Assembly (NCBI GenBank): GCA_963798485.1
Contig: CAWCTR010000001.1
Location: forward strand, 27,453-91,452
Length of the DNA: 64,000 bases
Reading direction: 5' to 3'
DNA from: an uncultured delta proteobacterium
GTDB taxonomy: Bacteria > Desulfobacterota > Desulfomonilia > UBA1062
How positions within the stretch are numbered: position 1 is the first letter of the stretch; each line of letters opens with the position of its first letter. Shown piece by piece: positions 56,215-64,000 of the stretch. Under the pieces are notes generated by a model. That model was given only the letters and a program-made list of their open reading frames with translations, had not been told where the DNA came from and made no database searches. Made by a program: the position numbers and the translations under genes.

Positions 56215-56927
56215 GAGACCGCCACGTCGGGCTTTCAGCGCTCCTCGCGATGACCTGACTTTGTCATTGCAAGGAACAGAAAGACGACTCGGAAAACCAT
56301 CTAAAGAACTTGCAAGCATTCGTTCTGAGATAGCTACGGTGCATGAAATATACGCCTTACGATGATTGATAAAGGGTCATTGCGAGGAGCCGAAGGCGAC
56401 GTGGCAATCTTACCTTCAGTGTAGTTATGAACAAACAATATTATATTTATATCATGACCAATAAGAACAACACATGCCTGTATACAGGGGTGACAAACGA
56501 CCTCAAGAGGCGTGTCTATGAACACAGGAATAAATTGGTGGAAGGATTTACGAAGAAATACAACATAACAAAACTGGTGTATTATGAGATATGCGATGAC
56601 CCTTACAATGCCATATCGAGGGAAAAACAGATCAAGAAAGGATCGAGGAAGAAAAAAGACGACTTGATTACAACGATGAATAGTGAGTGGAATGATCTGT
56701 ATGAGGGGATACTTTAGATTGCCACGCCCCCTACCGGGGCTCGCAATGACCGGCTAATAACATCGCACATATAAGAAGCTACCATCATAAATTTAATGAT
56801 GTGCACTACCTGAGATCGCCACGTCGCGCTTTCAGCGCTCCTCGCGATGACAAATTCAGGGTCATTGCGAGGACATAATAGGGGTCATTGCGAGGAGGCA
56901 ACCGTTGGTTGCCGACGTGGCAATCTC
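56215..56927. mobile_element. Family B repeat cluster centred on a GIY-YIG gene (gene-carrying form 56376-56750)
   Basis: Left arm GTCATTGCGAGGAGCCGAAGGCGACGTGGCAATCT; right arm AGATTGCCACG...CTCGCAATGAC overlaps the stop codon; further arms at 56215, 56263, 56812, 56861 and 56884. Confidence 0.75.
56427..56717 (+). CDS. Stand-alone GIY-YIG nuclease
   Basis: YYIYIMTN..LYTGVTNDLKRRVYEH..FTKKYNITKLVYYE..AISREKQIK. Confidence 0.95.
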   Translation: MNKQYYIYIMTNKNNTCLYTGVTNDLKRRVYEHRNKLVEGFTKKYNITKLVYYEICDDPYNAISREKQIKKGSRKKKDDLITTMNSEWNDLYEGIL

Positions 56928-57106
56928 GTTTTAAGACACATTCCTTTTATATATCTCTAAGAATCTCTGAGGTCTTTTGCCTATAGGCATTCTACCTACC
57001 CTACCCGCCTCATTAAACGCACCCGACATTCAGCCCTGTGCCGATTTTTAAATGAAGCCGCCTGCCGTATAGACATACATGAAAGCGAATCTTAAGGAGG
57101 TGGCCC

Positions 57107-58447
57107 ATGAACCACAAGGAAGAGTATGAAAGGAAGCTCGCAAACGCCGAGGATGCCGTACGCGTGGTGAAGTCCGGTGATTGGGTCGACTACGGCCATT
57201 TTACCTGTGCGCCCACGTATCTTGATGCGGCGCTTGCCAGGAGGGCCGCTGAGCTCCGCGATGTCAAGGTCCGTGCGCTCACCTTCCCGGGAATGGCGGC
57301 CATCGCGACAGCAGACCCGGGGCAGGACCACTTCACCTACAACAACTGGCACTTCAGCGGCGGCGACCGCTCGCTGCACGACAAGGGTCTGTGCAACTAC
57401 ATCCCGTTGCTCTACCACGAGGGCCCTTCCCTTTACAGCATCATCGATACGGACGTCTTCATGGTCAAGGTGGCGCCCATGGACAAAGACGGCTTTTTCA
57501 ACTTCGGCCCTTCCAACTCCATCTCGAAGCATATCGCAGACCGTGCAAAGACCGTCATCGTTGAGGTGAACACGAATGTGCCCTACTGCTACGGCGGCAG
57601 GAACGAGTCCATCCACATCTCCAAGGTGGACTATATCGTAGAGTCCGACAACAGGCCCCTGTTCTGTGTGAGCGAGCCAAAGATCAGCGATGTGGACAGG
57701 AAGATCGCATCGCTCATCGTGGAAGAAATCCCTGACGGCGGCTGCCTGCAGCTGGGCATCGGCGCCATGCCCAATGCAGTGGGCAAGCTGATCGCGCAGA
57801 GCGACCTCAAGGATTTGGGCGTGCATACCGAGATGCTCGTAGATTCCTACGTTGACATGTATATGGCAGGCCGCGTCACCAACATGAAAAAGCATGCGGA
57901 CAAGGGCAAGATGGTCTACACCTTTGCGCTGGGCAGCCAGAAGCTCTATGACTTCATCGACCAGAACCGCTGCTGCGCCTCCTATTCGGTGGACTACACG
58001 AACAACCCCGAGAACATCAGGGCCAACGACAACACCATTGCCATCAACAATGCCGTGGAGGTCGACCTCTTCTGCCAGGTGTCTTCCGAATCCTCGGGCA
58101 CGCGCCAGATCTCCGGCACGGGCGGCCAGTTCGACTTCGTGTTCGGGGCCTTCCACTCTAAGGGCGGCAAGTCCATCATCTGCCTGACCTCAACCACCAA
58201 GGACAAGAACGGCGCGGTGAAATCACGCATCCGCCCAATGCTCGAGCCCGGCTCCATCGTGACCGTGCCCCGCACCATCGTGCACTACGTGGTGACCGAA
58301 TACGGCAAGGCCATGCTCAAGGGCAAGAGCACCTGGGAGCGGGCCGAGGCGCTCATCAACATCGCCCACCCCGACTTCCACGACGAGCTCGTCTGTGAGG
58401 CCGAGAGGATGGGCATCTGGAGAAGGTCCAACCGTCTGGCCGCATAA
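57107..58447 (+). CDS. Acetyl-CoA hydrolase/transferase family (butyrate/4-hydroxybutyrate CoA-transferase-like)
   Basis: LQLGIGAMPNA, LGVHTEM, SGTGGQFDF, VVTEYG and IAHPDF motifs. Confidence 0.95.
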   Translation: MNHKEEYERKLANAEDAVRVVKSGDWVDYGHFTCAPTYLDAALARRAAELRDVKVRALTFPGMAAIATADPGQDHFTYNNWHFSGGDRSLHDKGLCNYIPLLYHEGPSLYSIIDTDVFMVKVAPMDKDGFFNFGPSNSISKHIADRAKTVIVEVNTNVPYCYGGRNESIHISKVDYIVESDNRPLFCVSEPKISDVDRKIASLIVEEIPDGGCLQLGIGAMPNAVGKLIAQSDLKDLGVHTEMLVDSYVDMYMAGRVTNMKKHADKGKMVYTFALGSQKLYDFIDQNRCCASYSVDYTNNPENIRANDNTIAINNAVEVDLFCQVSSESSGTRQISGTGGQFDFVFGAFHSKGGKSIICLTSTTKDKNGAVKSRIRPMLEPGSIVTVPRTIVHYVVTEYGKAMLKGKSTWERAEALINIAHPDFHDELVCEAERMGIWRRSNRLAA

Positions 58448-58457
58448 TGTTACCCGA

Positions 58458-58870
58458 TTATTGCGAGGAGCCACAACGGGTTTCACCCCTGTGGCTCCTT
58501 GAAATAAACTTGGCATAGACCCTGTTTATTCAAGTCCCCCTCCTTTCTAAGGAGGGGACAGGGGAGATTTGTTTTTATATGTGTCATTCCCGCGGAGGCG
58601 GGAATCCAGTCTTTTCAAGAACCTCTGGACCCCCGCCTTCGCGGGAGAGACACCTTTTTTGAGTTATCATCTACAGGAACAGTCACGACTGCTCCCTACA
58701 AAAATCTCCCCCCTACCCGCTTTTTTCCAAAGGCAGGAACCTGCCAATAACCCTATGTCGGTCATTGCGAGCGTAAGCGAAGCAATCCCTGCATCTTGGC
58801 ACAGTATACAGATTGCCACGCCGCCTTCGGCTCCTCGCAATGACCGATGGTTAGGTTATGCAAAGGTCTC
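58458..58870. repeat. Intergenic mosaic of family A, C, E and B palindromes
   Basis: A arms at 58534-58570 and 58701-58736; C unit at 58583-58651; GTAG-type arm at 58672-58699; B unit at 58761-58844 with outer GGTTATGCAAAGGTCTC. Confidence 0.85.
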
Positions 58871-58945
58871 GAAGTTTTATCATTCAGTTTCCTGAAGACA
58901 CATCGACTGATTTGAAATATACCTTTGTGATTACGGAGGAAGACC

Positions 58946-59950
58946 ATGACCAGGAGTGCCGATTTCGCACACCTCACACCCGAGGTGTTGCTCGATGTGA
59001 TCGAGGATGCCACAGGCGTCCCCATGACCGGGCTCACCATGCCGCTGCCCAGCTATATCAACCGGGTCTACGAGCTTCAGAGCAAGGCGGGAGAACGCCT
59101 CATCGCCAAGTTCTACCGGCCCGGGCGCTGGAGCAAAGAGGCCCTTGAGGACGAACACCAATTCCTGGCCGACTGCGCGGGAGACGAGATACCCGTGGTA
59201 TGCCCCCTGAAGCTGGCCGACCACAGCACCCTGGGAAAGACCGGCAGCACCTTTTTCGCCCTGTTCCCCAAAAAGGCCGGCCGCGCCTTCGAGCTGAACA
59301 ACGATGAAGACTGGACGCGTGTGGGCACGCTTATCGGGCGCATCCACCTCGCGGGCGAGCGGCGCACCCCGCAGGACAGGATCACCTTGCACCCGCTTAA
59401 GTCCACCCGGGACGACCTGGATTACCTCATCAAAGGCGGGTTCGTCACCCCCGAGCACAAGAGAGCCTTTACGGACCTGACATCCAGCATCGTCGAGGGC
59501 ATATCCGGCCTCTTTGAAGGCACCGAGCTGATCCGCATCCATGGGGACTGCCACCGGGGCAACCTCCTTGAACGCCCGGGCGAAGGCCTGATGGTGATCG
59601 ATTTCGACGATATGATGACAGGCCCCCCTGTCCACGACCTCTGGCTGCTCCTGCCAAACCACGCGGGCCATTCGCGCCGCGAGATCGACCTTCTGCTCGA
59701 AGGCTATGAGCAGTTCCGCGAATTCGACCACTCGTCCGTCCTCCTCATAGAGCCCTTACGGTTCATGCGCATCGTCTATTTCCTGGCCTGGTGGGCCAGG
59801 CAGGCAGACGATTACGACTTCAGGAACAACCACCCCGACTGGGGCACCGACGCCTTCTGGAACAAGGAGATCCTGGACCTTAACCACCAGTTCCAGGTCA
59901 TCATGGAGCACAAGGTGGCATGGGAGGAAGGCAGGTTCTTCGGGGGGTGA
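58946..59950 (+). CDS. srkA: Stress response Ser/Thr kinase SrkA/RdoA
   Basis: SYINRVY, IAKFYRPGRWS, RIHGDCHRGN, DFDD and IEPLRFMR motifs. Confidence 0.93.
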   Translation: MTRSADFAHLTPEVLLDVIEDATGVPMTGLTMPLPSYINRVYELQSKAGERLIAKFYRPGRWSKEALEDEHQFLADCAGDEIPVVCPLKLADHSTLGKTGSTFFALFPKKAGRAFELNNDEDWTRVGTLIGRIHLAGERRTPQDRITLHPLKSTRDDLDYLIKGGFVTPEHKRAFTDLTSSIVEGISGLFEGTELIRIHGDCHRGNLLERPGEGLMVIDFDDMMTGPPVHDLWLLLPNHAGHSRREIDLLLEGYEQFREFDHSSVLLIEPLRFMRIVYFLAWWARQADDYDFRNNHPDWGTDAFWNKEILDLNHQFQVIMEHKVAWEEGRFFGG

Positions 59951-60019
59951 AGTCTTCTTTTAGGTTCTTCACTGTGAAGCATACTTTATGATTTACATTC
60001 TTTTCCCAGCTGTTGTTTC

Positions 60020-60274
60020 CACCACGAAGGACACGAAGAAAGGAAATTTATTGAATTAGCGGACCAGTTCAAAGAATCCAAGAGTGAGGCATTTACATAA
60101 CCCCATATCAGTCATTGCGAGCGTAGCGAAGCAATCCCTGCATCTTGGCAGTGCCTGGTTTTTTGAGATTGCCACGTCGCCTTCGGCTCCTCGCAATGAC
60201 CGATGAGTAGATTATGTAAAGGTCTCAGAGTGTTTGTTCTGCATATTTAGATCTTCTTCGTGCTCTTCGTGGTG
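60020..60274. repeat. Three-layer nested inverted repeats (family D > TIR-like > family B)
   Basis: CACCACGAAGGACACGAAG / CTTCGTGCTCTTCGTGGTG enclose GAGGCATTTACATAA / TTATGTAAAGGTCTC, which enclose the B unit at 60111-60200. Confidence 0.85.
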
Positions 60275-60302
60275 AGTCATCTCTTTGTGTGCTCCCATCT
60301 TC

Positions 60303-61597
60303 TCACCTTGCGGCCATCTTATGCAGGAGCCGCTTCATGCGGTGCTCCAGGGATTGGCGTTCCACCACGCCCAGATGCCGGGCTTCATCGAGGATCCTGC
60401 GTACGAGCTCCATTGCCATACCGAATTCCCGGGCGTGGTGCTCATACCATTTGGCGAGCTCTTCGGCGGCAAATACGTCATGCGGGTGCATGGCGATGAT
60501 GTCCTTCCAGAGGCTGACCGCCTCTTCCCACTGTAACGCCCTTTTGTGGATGAGCGAGAGCGATTTCCGCGCGTTCAGCGCTATGTCCGGCTGTGAACAC
60601 CCTTTGAGCGGCTCGAGCATCCGCCTGGCCGCTGCAAGGTCGCCCCGGTCGTGGTGGAGCCGCGCCGCGCACAGGAGGTCGCCGGGATGAGCGTCCGGCA
60701 TTTCATTGCCGCCCTCTACGAGACCGGCCAGGTGTTTTAAAAGCGCTGCCATGGACACGATGTCCAGCCGGTTGTGGCGGAACACTGCATCCATCAGCCT
60801 GCCGTCGCGCCTTTTGAGCCAGTCGAAATAGCGCTGGGGTATCTCATAGCCCGGCACGTCGTCTTCGCGCCTGACGCCGAGCACATGGGCCTCGATGGTC
60901 ACAAGCCTGGCGTTCTCCAGCCGGTGCGCAAGCATCCTCCTGCTCGGGTGCAGCAGGTCGATGTGGGGCATGCCGAAGAGCACGTCTTGTGAACGGTTGA
61001 GGATATACCGGCTGGAAAGCAGGTTCAAGTCATAGGCGCGTCCGTTGAAGGTCACCAGGAACTTCTTTGTTGCTGCCAGATCGCCCAGGAATGCAAGCAT
61101 GGCACTCTCTTCGGAGAAGTCGCGGGCAAAGAGTTGGCTTGTCACGAATGATCCATTTTCAAACCACCCGAGCCCGATGAGGAAGGGGAACGTGCCGGTG
61201 CCCCCTGCCAAGCCGGTGGTCTCGGTGTCGAGGAACAGGCCGTCTTCCAGCGAGAAGCCGCTGAGCGCCTGGGAACCTGCAAGGAAGGCCGCTGTGTCCA
61301 TGCTCAAACAGGCAAGGTCGCTCACCCGCGAATGACCGTGGAAATCCGATCCTGCCAAGGTACTGCGGGAACAGAAAAACCTGCCGTGCTCGGTTTCCAC
61401 TTCCTCGCCTGCAACCACGCGCTCCAGGAGAACCGCTGCGCTTCTCGGCTGAGGCACAACCGCCGGGGCGATATGCTCCCTCCGGTTCATGACCTCTTCG
61501 ATCCGCTTGCGCAGCTCGCTTATCCGTTCCTGTTTGGGATCAGTCTGAACAGGCTTCGGACCCTCTCCGGTGAGGCGGTTTATCCGGTCTTTGAGGC

Positions 61598-61601
<4 letters not shown>
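60303..61601 (-). CDS. RNase H-like (DEDD) exonuclease with TPR tail, YprB/MrfB-like
   Basis: FLDTETTGL, VTFNGRAYD, HIDLLH and HNRLDI motifs; helical C-terminus; coupled to a DUF1998 helicase gene. Confidence 0.9.
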
Positions 61602-63960
<2,359 letters not shown>

Positions 63961-64000
63961 TGCCCTGCCTGACGGATGCGTGATGAACGGTTTCGCATGT

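Noticed and set aside
56215-56927. Repeat cluster as a CRISPR array or integron attC array
   Set aside because: The arms alternate in orientation, spacing is irregular, there are no cas or integrase genes in the window, and no GTTRRRY/RYYYAAC ends were seen.
58569-58895. Small ORFs 58569-58895 and 53346-53534, and the N-terminal extension 52499-52670
   Set aside because: They are translations of repeat DNA (SFPRRRES, VIPAKAGIQ, PRND), with no RBS or domain support.

Overview
GC-rich bacterial chromosome segment, probably a deltaproteobacterium (inferred from gene content). The backbone carries ruvC, yebC, NUDIX, PPIase, pfkA, HDAC, nnr, two PAS kinases, a peptide ABC transporter, CoA-metabolism genes, srkA and many DNA-repair genes (recCBD, Lhr, an EndoQ-UvrD fusion, MrfAB-like). 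An accessory/defence region at ~19.8-33.4 kb, AT-rich from ~21.4 to 28.5 kb, holds a PRTase + class III cyclase fusion gene split by an IS200-family element, a NACHT NTPase, a methylase/endonuclease pair and toxin-antitoxin modules. The most striking feature is at least six families of short palindromic repeats. Two of them occur here both as empty units and with a small nuclease gene (DUF559-like, GIY-YIG) between their inverted arms. They nest inside one another, bracket single cargo genes, and sit in frame inside RecB, RecC and UvrD. About a dozen genes carry single-base frameshifts that are most likely sequencing or assembly errors. All calls come from reading motifs by eye; no database searches were run.
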